Source: an uncultured Candidatus Saccharibacteria bacterium (lineage in GTDB: Bacteria; Patescibacteriota; Minisyncoccia; Phycocordibacterales; UBA918). From it: a stretch of DNA of 64,000 nucleotides. The DNA lies in contig CAZXUO010000004.1 in assembly GCA_964643955.1 (NCBI GenBank), forward strand, positions 3,882 through 67,881. Reading direction: 5' to 3'. The notes below the pieces were generated by a model. It made no database searches. It had not been told where the DNA came from and saw nothing but the letters and a program-made list of their open reading frames with translations. Positions 18,175-27,408 of this stretch are shown here, piece after piece (position 1 is the stretch's first letter; each line of letters starts with the position of its first letter). A program made the translations under genes and the position numbers.

Positions 18175-19623
18175 TTATTCTCCCCCGCTTTGACCGCCTC
18201 CTGGGGTTCCGCAAAGATTATTGAGTTGACTTGCGATCTGACCTAACTGGATGACGAGCTCATCGGTCCGGAACTTTTCTTGTGCGTTTGTGAAGCTGGT
18301 GTGGAGTCGACCGCTTGCACGGAGTTCAGAAAGTTCCTGTACAATATTGATTTTCTCTTCGTCTGATGCGGTGTTGTATTCAGACTGGAGACTTCTTAGG
18401 AGAGAAAGGTTTGCGTCAGCATCGTTTTGCTTCTGGAGAGCTTCGTTAAGAATAGGATTTGTTTGGTTGATGATATTAGTCGCATTGCTGCACGAACTAT
18501 TTGACTGTGCTTGCACAATGATCGCTTGTGCGCGAGAAACTACATTTGCATAGAGTGCACGATATGCATTTTCATCATTGATCGCTGTACCGAAGAGACC
18601 ATCGTCTTCTTCTGTTATTGGAGCGCCTCCAATATATTCGTCAAAGTTGGTGTTTCCCATTCGATCAATATAAGATGTGTTGCCGTAGCTGCCACCGGTA
18701 CTTGTAAGTCCAAGCAGTCCAGCAGCACCCTGAAGTGCTTGTTGTGCAAGTTGTGCAAAGAGTGCGCTTATAATCTCGTTAATTTCGTCAGCATTAAGAA
18801 GTGCGCGTTTGCCAGTTGAGAGCTCGAAAGTAAGCATCTCTGAGATAGCCTTGCCGGGCATGGTGATGGTGCAGTTTTCTTGCTCTCCAACCGCAGTACA
18901 AGCAGCTTTCGACAAGAAACCATTTCCCCAATTGAGTTTACTGAGGTCGAGGGTGATTCGATTGTTGACACGTTCTATGAGAAGACGCTGCGTAGATGCT
19001 TGTACTCCGAAGAAATTGTTATTTGGATTTGTGGTGAGTTCGAGCCATCCTTCCATGCCTCCCGCGAGGAAATTTCCTCCAAGGAATCTGTTGACTGAAT
19101 TTTCTGCGTTTCCAATAGCACTACTGAGGGTACATTGTATGCGGCGCGCAGCACTTGCGCGGTAGTTGAGTTGGAGTCCGAGGCGGATATCAAGCTCAAA
19201 GGGTGAACATAAGAAACCAAGCTCGGTGCCGTAGATAATTTCTCCGGCGGCTTGGTCAGCGACATTTATAAGGAAAGCTTCTAAGTCTGCGACAAACGCA
19301 GGACTTCCTTTAAAACCTGAGTTGATCCAACGAATGAGGCTTCGTTGCATCTGGAGAAGTACCTGTCGTCCAATAAAGAAGAGAATACCATCGAGCGAAA
19401 ACTCTTTCAGCACCAGCGATTCGAGACCGAGTGCCGCGGCAACATCTGCGACAGCAGAGATTGTGCTTTGTATAAGGTTGCCTCCAACCTCCACTACCGG
19501 TTCCGCCGCTACGGTTTTTTTAGGTGTTGCAAGGCCCATCATCGATACGATCATCACGATGAATAGGAATCCAGTAAGTCCTTTCTTTCCAAACTCGACG
19601 ATTTTGTGTAGATGCATCTGCAT
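18175..19623 (-). CDS. Membrane-anchored/secreted hypothetical protein (T4SS-like cluster)
   Basis: N-terminal TM, no catalytic motifs recognised. Confidence 0.35.
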   Translation of the reverse strand: MQMHLHKIVEFGKKGLTGFLFIVMIVSMMGLATPKKTVAAEPVVEVGGNLIQSTISAVADVAAALGLESLVLKEFSLDGILFFIGRQVLLQMQRSLIRWINSGFKGSPAFVADLEAFLINVADQAAGEIIYGTELGFLCSPFELDIRLGLQLNYRASAARRIQCTLSSAIGNAENSVNRFLGGNFLAGGMEGWLELTTNPNNNFFGVQASTQRLLIERVNNRITLDLSKLNWGNGFLSKAACTAVGEQENCTITMPGKAISEMLTFELSTGKRALLNADEINEIISALFAQLAQQALQGAAGLLGLTSTGGSYGNTSYIDRMGNTNFDEYIGGAPITEEDDGLFGTAINDENAYRALYANVVSRAQAIIVQAQSNSSCSNATNIINQTNPILNEALQKQNDADANLSLLRSLQSEYNTASDEEKINIVQELSELRASGRLHTSFTNAQEKFRTDELVIQLGQIASQLNNLCGTPGGGQSGGE

Positions 19624-19624
19624 A

Positions 19625-20527
19625 CTATTGCTTCAGGCTAGAGAAGAAATATCCAGGTTCCTCGGCAGTGTAGACAACGCCGCGTGCCTCAAGTGCATCA
19701 CGAAAATTGAGTAGTGTGAGGGCAAGGCCGCGCACGTCTTCTTGGTATCGCTGTGTGTGCATGAGCGCCGGTATTGGGTCCTCAAACGCTAGTTGCATTG
19801 CTGCAATATCAGCACGAACCATACTTAGTGTATTTACAAAATCCGTATGTTCTTTTGCAAGCACGTTTGGTACTTCTACTTGAAGTAGCTCTTGAATCAT
19901 TGCAGCATAGCCTTGCTCAATAGGAGAAAGTGACTGAAGAATGGCCGAATCTTCGTGTTGAAACGCGCGCTGGAGAATAACCATCTCGTTTTCTTTTGGA
20001 GCTGGATATTTTTCTATGATTGTACTTATTGCATTTCCGTATGCGCGAATTGAGGAAAGGTCATTATTTAAAACAATACGCATCTGCGCCTGGGTATAGA
20101 GCGTGTCTTTGATTTCGCCCTTGATAGTTTGTGCAGCCCGTTGGGCCACTTGAAGTTTTTCTTCTTCACTTATTTCACGTCCCGCTCCAGTGCGAAGCAT
20201 ATCCTCAAGAAATTGTTCGGAGAATTTGCCAGTGAGGGTGGTAGGAGGCGTGTACTCTTCTTCGAGTTCAGTGGCTTGAGTCGTTGATGCAAACGTTGTA
20301 AACGTCAGTGGATCAGTGTTTTGCAGCTCTTCTTCCCAGTCGGGCATGCCGTCGCCGTCAGTATCGGTACTGGTCTGGACTGAGCGTACGGTGTCGTTTG
20401 CGACGACGAGTGCAGGAGAAGTTGCAGCTTGGCTATCAGCGATGCCGTTGTGTTCTATATAAAATGCTCCGCCGATCAATGCGGCTCCAATGAGTAGTGC
20501 GCCTCCTACGCGAAAAATGCTTTCCAC
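19625..20527 (-). CDS. Membrane-anchored hypothetical protein with DTDGDGMPDWEE Ca-binding-like motif
   Basis: N-terminal TM; thrombospondin-type-3-like DxDxDG motif. Confidence 0.35.
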   Translation of the reverse strand: MESIFRVGGALLIGAALIGGAFYIEHNGIADSQAATSPALVVANDTVRSVQTSTDTDGDGMPDWEEELQNTDPLTFTTFASTTQATELEEEYTPPTTLTGKFSEQFLEDMLRTGAGREISEEEKLQVAQRAAQTIKGEIKDTLYTQAQMRIVLNNDLSSIRAYGNAISTIIEKYPAPKENEMVILQRAFQHEDSAILQSLSPIEQGYAAMIQELLQVEVPNVLAKEHTDFVNTLSMVRADIAAMQLAFEDPIPALMHTQRYQEDVRGLALTLLNFRDALEARGVVYTAEEPGYFFSSLKQ

Positions 20528-20626
20528 AGGGAAATTACTTAGTACATTTCAAGTATAGCAAGCACTCCTCTCTTTATATGTAGATGTTCTGTGCAGAAAT
20601 GGGGACACTCGATAGAAAAAGTTTTG

Positions 20627-21424
20627 TTATGAAAGTTCACGTGCGAGTGCGCACCATGTGTCGATAGAAAGATCCTCCCCACGCGCTTTTGGTGAGATGG
20701 AAAGTTTTTCAAATGTTTGTTCGAGGCGACTTTTTTCGCAGATCGTTGAAAGATTCCCGAACAACTGCTTTCGGCGAGCAGCAAATCCTGCGTGCAGCAC
20801 GGTAAAGAACCATTCTTCGGTAAAACCATTAAAACGGCCGCGAGAAATATCAGAAATTGCGAGAATTGCCGAATCGACAGCCGGCGGCGGCGCGAAATTG
20901 CCTCGAGAAACAGTATCTACGTACCGCGGTGTACCAAATACCTTGACGGAGAGAGACAAAAGCGACTCTTTTTCGCTTCGAGCCACCCGGAGCGCGACCT
21001 CTTTTTGGACAAGGAAAACCACGCATTGGGGCTGATGCACGGCACTGAGTGACGTCCGGATGAGCATCCCTGAAAGGTAGTATGGAATGTTGGCAACAAT
21101 AGAATAATCCTTATATTGAGCCATAAAATCGGTGATATCGCGGTCGCGTACGTCGGTGTGGTGGAGTATAAGCCGTCCATCGGCAATCTCCTTTTCAAAG
21201 CGCTCATTAAGCACCTCGATCGCACGAAGGTCAGCCTCAAGCGCCACTACCTGCGCTCCTGCCGCAAGGAGTGCCTCGGTAAGGGCGCCGGTCCCTGGCC
21301 CAACTTCAAGCACGATATCCCCTTTTTTGAGGTTGGCTGCCTCCACAATCTTCAAAACGACCTTTGGATTGGTCAAAAAGTGCTGTCCGAGCGATTTTTT
21401 GGCTTCAATGCTGTGTTTTTTCAT
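20627..21424 (-). CDS. rsmA: 16S rRNA (adenine1518/1519-N6)-dimethyltransferase RsmA/KsgA
   Basis: LGQHFLTNPKVVLKIVEAANLKKGDIVLEVGPGTGALT SAM-binding motif. Confidence 0.9.
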   Translation of the reverse strand: MKKHSIEAKKSLGQHFLTNPKVVLKIVEAANLKKGDIVLEVGPGTGALTEALLAAGAQVVALEADLRAIEVLNERFEKEIADGRLILHHTDVRDRDITDFMAQYKDYSIVANIPYYLSGMLIRTSLSAVHQPQCVVFLVQKEVALRVARSEKESLLSLSVKVFGTPRYVDTVSRGNFAPPPAVDSAILAISDISRGRFNGFTEEWFFTVLHAGFAARRKQLFGNLSTICEKSRLEQTFEKLSISPKARGEDLSIDTWCALARELS

Positions 21425-21426
21425 GG

Positions 21427-23391
21427 TTAGTCGAGGAAAATAGTACGCTCAAAGCCCGATTGTGGTACTGGATTTGCCTGCTCAAGATGCTCTTCTTTAA
21501 GGTCGAGAAGGAATGATGAGGGCACATTCATGCGTTGACTGCCGAAAATAGTGCGCATATTGGCATAGGTGAGGTAGATTTTCTTCTCGGCACGCGTGAG
21601 AGCAACATAAAAGAGACGGCGTTCCTCCTCGGTGTCGACTCGTGGTCCGCTTCCGCCCGCATCGATGCGTTCATGCGGGAAGAGACCTTCCTCAAGGCCG
21701 GTGATAAAGACGTACGGGAATTCAAGTCCTTTTGCCGCATGGATAGTCATGAGCTTCACGGCGTCTTTATCCTCTTCTTTGCTCGCGAGCTCGTCTTGGT
21801 CACTCTGGAGCGCAGCGTCTTCGAGGAAACGTTCGAGCGCCTCCTCGTGTGGAAGTTCATCGTAACGTATCGCAAGTGAGACGAGCTCGCGGAGGTTTTC
21901 AAGTCGCTCAAGCTCTTCTTCCCCACCTTCTTTCAGCTGCGCATCAAGACCGGTACGCGCGATGATGAATTTAAGTGTTGCAGACAGTGGCTTCGTGCGG
22001 GCATGCTCGCCGATTTCGGTAATCATTGCTTCAAACGCAGCGACTTTCTGAAGCGTCGCGCCGGTGATTTCTTCACGACGCTTCTCGATCATCTTGAGCA
22101 AGGTAACTTTTCCAATGCCGCGCGGTGGCACATTGATGATGCGTGCAAGATCACTTGTGCTGTCAGTATTTAATGAGAAGCGGAGAAATGAGAGCACATC
22201 CTTCACTTCTTTTCGTTCAAAGAATTTTGTTCCGAGCATTTGGTACGAAACATTTTGTGTGAGAAATGCTTCTTCGAGCGCGCGTGACTGGAAGTTGGTA
22301 CGGAAGAGTACCGCGATAGATGATGCCGGCGCTCCATCGGCGATGAGTCCGCGCGCAGTCGACGCAATAAAGTTTGCTTCGTCAGTTTCATTGTATGCAG
22401 CGTAGAGTGAGAGCGGTTCCCCTTCAGCATTTGAGGTGAAGACGGTCTTCGGAATACGATTGCGATTTTTCTCGATGATGGTGTTTGACGCGGCAATGAT
22501 GGTCTGTGTTGAGCGGTAGTTTTCTTCGAGTACTACAATGGCCGCCCCAGGGAAATGACGCTCAAACTGCATGATGTTGTTGATGTCCGCACCGCGCCAC
22601 GAGTAGATATTTTGATCGATATCGCCGACGACGCAGAGGTTTGCGTGCTCTCCTGCGAGGAGTCGTGCGATCTCGTACTGCACTTTGTTGGTGTCTTGGT
22701 ACTCGTCGACGTGAATGTACGCAAAGCGTTTTTGGTAGAGCTCGCGAATGTCTGCATGTGTGCGGAGGAGATCAAGTGTCTTAATGAGGAGATCATCAAA
22801 ATCGAGTGCTTGTTCCTCGCGGAGGATGCGATCGTATCGTTCCCATACTTCTGCAGCGACTTCTTCGGGATATGACTGTGCAGCATCACTAAAAGAGAGT
22901 CGTGAATACGCGTCCCCCTTTGCGCGGGAGATCATGCCGAGTATGCGACGCGGCTCAAATTGTTTGATGTTATAGCCGGCTTCTTCAATCGCACGTTTGA
23001 TCGCACGATTTGAATCACTTCGGTCGTAGATGGTGAAATGGCGCTTAAGACCAATGCGCTCGTGCTGTTCGCGGAGGATGCGGACGCCGAGTGCGTGGAA
23101 GGTCGTCGTAAGTGGAAGTGCATCGTAGCTTGCGCGCGTCGCCGCAGCGTGTTCATTTATAAGTGTATGCACGCGCTCGCGCATTTCCTTCGCCGCTTTG
23201 TTGGTAAAGGTGACCGCGAGGATCTGTGCGGGATGCACTCCCTTCTCAATGAGGTGCAAAATACGATGCGTAATGACGCGGGTCTTTCCTGATCCGGCAC
23301 CGGCGAGTACGAGGAGCGCTCCTTCGGTTTTGAGGACCGCTTCTTGCTGCCGAGCGTTCAGTCCGTGAGCTGCTGTGGGGAGATTTTCCAT
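21427..23391 (-). CDS. pcrA: ATP-dependent DNA helicase PcrA/UvrD
   Basis: LNARQQEAV...GAGSGKTRVITHRI Walker A, UvrD motifs; start placed at MENLPTAAHG (ATG 23391). Confidence 0.9.
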   Translation of the reverse strand: MENLPTAAHGLNARQQEAVLKTEGALLVLAGAGSGKTRVITHRILHLIEKGVHPAQILAVTFTNKAAKEMRERVHTLINEHAAATRASYDALPLTTTFHALGVRILREQHERIGLKRHFTIYDRSDSNRAIKRAIEEAGYNIKQFEPRRILGMISRAKGDAYSRLSFSDAAQSYPEEVAAEVWERYDRILREEQALDFDDLLIKTLDLLRTHADIRELYQKRFAYIHVDEYQDTNKVQYEIARLLAGEHANLCVVGDIDQNIYSWRGADINNIMQFERHFPGAAIVVLEENYRSTQTIIAASNTIIEKNRNRIPKTVFTSNAEGEPLSLYAAYNETDEANFIASTARGLIADGAPASSIAVLFRTNFQSRALEEAFLTQNVSYQMLGTKFFERKEVKDVLSFLRFSLNTDSTSDLARIINVPPRGIGKVTLLKMIEKRREEITGATLQKVAAFEAMITEIGEHARTKPLSATLKFIIARTGLDAQLKEGGEEELERLENLRELVSLAIRYDELPHEEALERFLEDAALQSDQDELASKEEDKDAVKLMTIHAAKGLEFPYVFITGLEEGLFPHERIDAGGSGPRVDTEEERRLFYVALTRAEKKIYLTYANMRTIFGSQRMNVPSSFLLDLKEEHLEQANPVPQSGFERTIFLD

Positions 23392-23617
23392 AAAAAGGGG
23401 CTGTATCGGCAAAACTATAGCACGTACCAATACAAAACATACAGAAAGTAATGTCAATGTGCCAAAATAGCCCCAAAATACAGGCTGATATGGGCATGGG
23501 GATACCGTGGGGACAATACTGCATTGACCACTTCGTGGGGTCATCTATAGTGTCTAGGTTGCTTCTGAACGACTGATTGGCAGTACTTGGGCGGGCGGCC
23601 CCGGTGAGTTGCCTCGC

Positions 23618-24757
23618 ATGGATGAACGGGCGGTGCGTCCCATAACACACACGACTATTGAACCCATCTCACAGGAATCTGTACCTCTCTCTGACGGCCC
23701 GATAGCCACACAGAAGGAACCACAGACGACATATACGTTCTCTAAGCGACTCCTCGTCGCAGAGGTCGTCCCTATAGCATTACTGCTCGCCGTCCCTCTT
23801 TTGGCGCATGCAGGTCTTTTTTCTGCGATTTCAGGAATTTTTGAAGAAAAAGTAGAGGCATCTGAGGTAAAAGACGCGCCGAGCGCCCAATCGGTGACTC
23901 TCCTTAAGGCAGCGACCAACATTGATCCCAACCCCTCAAAGGGCGGCGGGGATATTTTAGTTGATGAAGATGGCGCACTTGTGCCTGAGCAAAGTCCTGA
24001 AGGTCTTGCGAGCGACGCATCGGTACTGACAACGAGTGGTGAAATCAGCGTGTACGTCGTCCGCCCCGGCGATTCCCTTTCGCAGATTGCGGAAATGTTT
24101 GGCGTGAGTGCCAATACGATCCTTTGGGCAAACGACATCAAGAGCGCCAACCTCATCCAGCCGGGTGATTCCCTCGTTATCCTCCCGGTTTCGGGCGTCC
24201 GTCATGTCGTGAAGAGCGGCGATACTATTGAATCAATTGCAGAGAAATACAAGGGCAACATCGACGACATCATTGGATACAACGGTCTTTCGTCTGAGGT
24301 TGCGCTTCGTGCAGGGCAAACCGTGGTGATTCCTGGGGGTGAAGTCGCAAATGCGGTGACAAAGACAGCCGCAAAGACCACCTCGCGCGCAACAGGAAGC
24401 GCTTCGTCAGGCGGTACGTCCTTCTCACACCCAGTACCGGGCGCAGTACGCACACAGGGTATCCACGGCTACAACGGCGTTGATCTTGGCGCACCAAATG
24501 GTACGACCGTCCGCGCGGCAGCAGGGGGCGAGGTTATCATCAGTAAGGCATCAGGCTGGAATGGTGGCTATGGTAACTACGTAGTTATTAAGCATGCAAA
24601 TGGTACACAGACGCTCTATGCGCACTTGAGTATCAATAGCGTTGGTGCGGGAGCGTATGTCGAGCAGGGTGAGACAATCGGCGCCGTGGGTTCAACTGGC
24701 CGTTCGACGGGATCCCACCTGCACTTTGAGGTTCGCGGAGACGCAAATCCTTTCTAA
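23618..24757 (+). CDS. LysM-domain M23 family peptidoglycan metalloendopeptidase
   Basis: Two LysM repeats (YVVRPGDSLSQIA, HVVKSGDTIESIA) and M23 motifs (HxxxD-like, HLHFEV). Confidence 0.8.
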   Translation: MDERAVRPITHTTIEPISQESVPLSDGPIATQKEPQTTYTFSKRLLVAEVVPIALLLAVPLLAHAGLFSAISGIFEEKVEASEVKDAPSAQSVTLLKAATNIDPNPSKGGGDILVDEDGALVPEQSPEGLASDASVLTTSGEISVYVVRPGDSLSQIAEMFGVSANTILWANDIKSANLIQPGDSLVILPVSGVRHVVKSGDTIESIAEKYKGNIDDIIGYNGLSSEVALRAGQTVVIPGGEVANAVTKTAAKTTSRATGSASSGGTSFSHPVPGAVRTQGIHGYNGVDLGAPNGTTVRAAAGGEVIISKASGWNGGYGNYVVIKHANGTQTLYAHLSINSVGAGAYVEQGETIGAVGSTGRSTGSHLHFEVRGDANPF

Positions 24758-24764
24758 TATATGA

Positions 24765-24802
24765 AAAAAGCCCCGCGGCTAAAGCCGCGGGGCTTTTTTC
24801 AT
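24765..24802 (+). terminator. Rho-independent terminator
   Basis: aaaaaagccccgcggc-taaa-gccgcggggctttttt. Confidence 0.7.
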
Positions 24803-24821
24803 TGGGACACTCTCCTATATA

Positions 24822-25436
24822 ATGAATCGCATGAAATGGATATATGGAGCAGTAGTGGGTGGACTATGTGCAGTACTTTTTGTCGGAGCGCCCGGGATTG
24901 CGTCAGCACAGGGCGTAAGTGGAGACGTAGATGCTGAGCGAGCTGCGCTCATTGAGCGCGTTGCGCAGCTTACTGAGACGCTCGCAAAACTCAAACAAGC
25001 GCAATCATCAGGTATTCGGGTGGTCATCGTGCCAGTGTGGCAGGGCGAAGAGAGAAATATAAGCATTTCTTCAATACGATTGCTGAGGAAAGACGAGGAG
25101 TCTTCCGGAGAGACCCTTTCGGTATACGCAAAGACAAGTACGCATGGCTTTTCACAAATTGTTGGTGAAAATACGGCATATGAGGTCTACCTTTACGAAC
25201 ATCGCGATGGGCGTACGATAAAGCTCTCGAGTGAGCCGGTTGCAGTGGGTACCTTCTTGGTACCGCCGGCGCGTGGGACGGTTGAGTTCCGGGCTAAACT
25301 CGATGAATCAGTATTTGAAGGACTTGCTGCGGGTACTGAGCTCAAGGCTGAAGTACGTATCGATACCGATCGAAGGATCGATGAGAGAAATGAGCAGGAC
25401 AACAAGAAAATGAGTCTAGTGTGGGTGCTTGAATAA
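24822..25436 (+). CDS. Secreted hypothetical protein
   Basis: Signal peptide ...GIASAQ; no known domain. Confidence 0.4.
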   Translation: MNRMKWIYGAVVGGLCAVLFVGAPGIASAQGVSGDVDAERAALIERVAQLTETLAKLKQAQSSGIRVVIVPVWQGEERNISISSIRLLRKDEESSGETLSVYAKTSTHGFSQIVGENTAYEVYLYEHRDGRTIKLSSEPVAVGTFLVPPARGTVEFRAKLDESVFEGLAAGTELKAEVRIDTDRRIDERNEQDNKKMSLVWVLE

Positions 25437-25451
25437 GTGAAAGATGAAAAG

Positions 25452-25487
25452 AAAAGGCCCGCGGCTATGCCGCGGGCCTTTTCTTTA
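25452..25487. terminator. Bidirectional terminator
   Basis: aaaaggcccgcggc-tat-gccgcgggcctttt. Confidence 0.65.
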
Positions 25488-27002
25488 GAGCTTCACTCGA
25501 TACTGAAGCGCTTCGAGGAGGTGCGGTACAGCAATCTCATCGGACTCACCTAGGTCTGCGATCGTGCGTGCTACTTTTATGACGCGATGGTAGCTTCTTG
25601 GCGAAAGGTTGAGACGCGCGGATGCATCTTTCAGTACCGCACGTACGTCGTCAGTGAGCGCGATGACTTCGTCGATGTCGCGTGCCGTCATCTCGGCATT
25701 TGCGCGCGCTGGTCTCCCTGCGAGGCGTGTGCGTTGACGTGCGCGTGCACGCGCTACCTGCTCACGCGCTCGTTCGGTTTCTTTTTCTACCACTCGTTTA
25801 CCGGTCAGTGTCTCGTGATCGACTGAAAGTACATCGAGCCACAAATCAATACGATCGAGAATCGGTCCTGATATTTTTTGTTTATACGATTCGAGTAGCG
25901 CATCACTCATGTCTGATTGTCCGTCGTGTCCGCCGCGATGTGGATTCATCGCTGCAACAAGAATAAAGTCGGCGGGAAATTGCACTGAACTTTGTACGCG
26001 TGAAATTGAGATGACGCGATCTTCGAGTGGTTGTCGGAGCGCATCGATCGATCGTCGTTCAAATTCAGGAAACTCATCAAGAAAAAGTACGCCGCGATGC
26101 GCGAGTGTCACCTCCCCCGGTCGTGGATGTGAACCGCCGCCGACGAGCGATGTGTGTGATGCGGTGTGATGTGGTGCGCGAAATGGCGGAACAGAAATCA
26201 CGTGACGATCGAGTGTGCCGGCGACCGAATGAATCGCGGTTACGTCGAGCATCTCATCACGTTCAAGTGGTGGCAAAATATTTTTGAATGCGCGCGCGAG
26301 CATTGTCTTACCGGTTCCGGGTGGTCCAATCATGAGTACGTTGTGTCGGCCCGCTGCTGCAATCATGAGTCCGCGCTTCGCACTCTCCTGTCCACGCACA
26401 TCTTCAAAAAGTACATCGTCTACAATTTTTTCTGCGGCGACATCAGTGCACGTCGTTGTCGTGATAGGCGCATGATCCTCGCGCGTGTGATCGAGATGGC
26501 AGACAACTTCTTTCAATGTGTGCGCGGCGACGACGGAGATGTTTGAAATGAGTGCAGCTTCTTCCGCATTTTCTTTTGGAACGACCACCGTATGAAAACC
26601 TGCGTGTGCGCCGGCGCGTACCGATGGCAAGATGCCGCGCACTGGTCGAAGTGTGCCATCGAGTGCAAGCTCGCCGAGAAAAAGAATGTGTTGCACATCT
26701 GATTTTAATTCGCCTGATGCGATGAGATATGCGATCGCAATCGGAAGATCAAACAACGGTCCTTCTTTTTTAAGATCGGCCGGCGCAAGCGAGATCGTGA
26801 TTTTATGGTTCTTACTTTTTGGTGACGGAAATCCAGAGTTTTTAATCGCAGCACTCACGCGGTCGCGCGCTTCTTCTACGGCCTTGCTCGCGAGTCCAAC
26901 CATCGAAAACGAATGCAGACCTCTCGCGAGGTCTGCTTCGATCGTCACAACGTCTCCGTGTAGTACTGATGGCTGTGCTGCAAATACGCGCGCGACGGCC
27001 AT
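25485..27002 (-). CDS. comM: YifB/ComM family Mg-chelatase-like AAA+ ATPase
   Basis: N-terminal Lon-like domain, AAA+ Walker A GPPGTGKTMLA, 505 aa. Confidence 0.85.
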   Translation of the reverse strand: MAVARVFAAQPSVLHGDVVTIEADLARGLHSFSMVGLASKAVEEARDRVSAAIKNSGFPSPKSKNHKITISLAPADLKKEGPLFDLPIAIAYLIASGELKSDVQHILFLGELALDGTLRPVRGILPSVRAGAHAGFHTVVVPKENAEEAALISNISVVAAHTLKEVVCHLDHTREDHAPITTTTCTDVAAEKIVDDVLFEDVRGQESAKRGLMIAAAGRHNVLMIGPPGTGKTMLARAFKNILPPLERDEMLDVTAIHSVAGTLDRHVISVPPFRAPHHTASHTSLVGGGSHPRPGEVTLAHRGVLFLDEFPEFERRSIDALRQPLEDRVISISRVQSSVQFPADFILVAAMNPHRGGHDGQSDMSDALLESYKQKISGPILDRIDLWLDVLSVDHETLTGKRVVEKETERAREQVARARARQRTRLAGRPARANAEMTARDIDEVIALTDDVRAVLKDASARLNLSPRSYHRVIKVARTIADLGESDEIAVPHLLEALQYRVKL

Positions 27003-27009
27003 GGTGTAT

Positions 27010-27405
27010 TTATACTAACGACGACTCTTCGTCCATGTGCGCTTTGCACGTGCGTGCGGCGGGGTTTGCGGCAAGTCGATCTTCATCAATTGTTCCCCCA
27101 CTAATTTCACAAATGCCGTACGTACCGTCTTCGATTTTTCTGAGCGCGCGGTTGATGTCGTTGTACTGTCGCTCAAGTGAGGCGAGTGTCGATGCGCGTT
27201 CATCCCAATCTTCGACGCGATCCGCTGCAACGTTTTCATCGGCCTCACCACTCTCCTCTTTCTCCGGTGTTGCAATCCAGTCTTCTGGATTTTCTGGATT
27301 ATGGATACCGATTTCTTTTAGTTCGCCGGTAATCTTTGCGAGCATTTCTTCAAGTCGTGTTTTGTATGTTGTTGTATCAAGTGCCATATGCGGAGAGTAT
27401 ACCAC
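27010..27405 (-). CDS. DksA/TraR-family C4 zinc-finger protein
   Basis: C-terminal CEISGGTIDEDRLAANPAARTC zinc-finger pattern. Confidence 0.6.
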   Translation of the reverse strand: MVYSPHMALDTTTYKTRLEEMLAKITGELKEIGIHNPENPEDWIATPEKEESGEADENVAADRVEDWDERASTLASLERQYNDINRALRKIEDGTYGICEISGGTIDEDRLAANPAARTCKAHMDEESSLV

Positions 27406-27408
27406 GCA

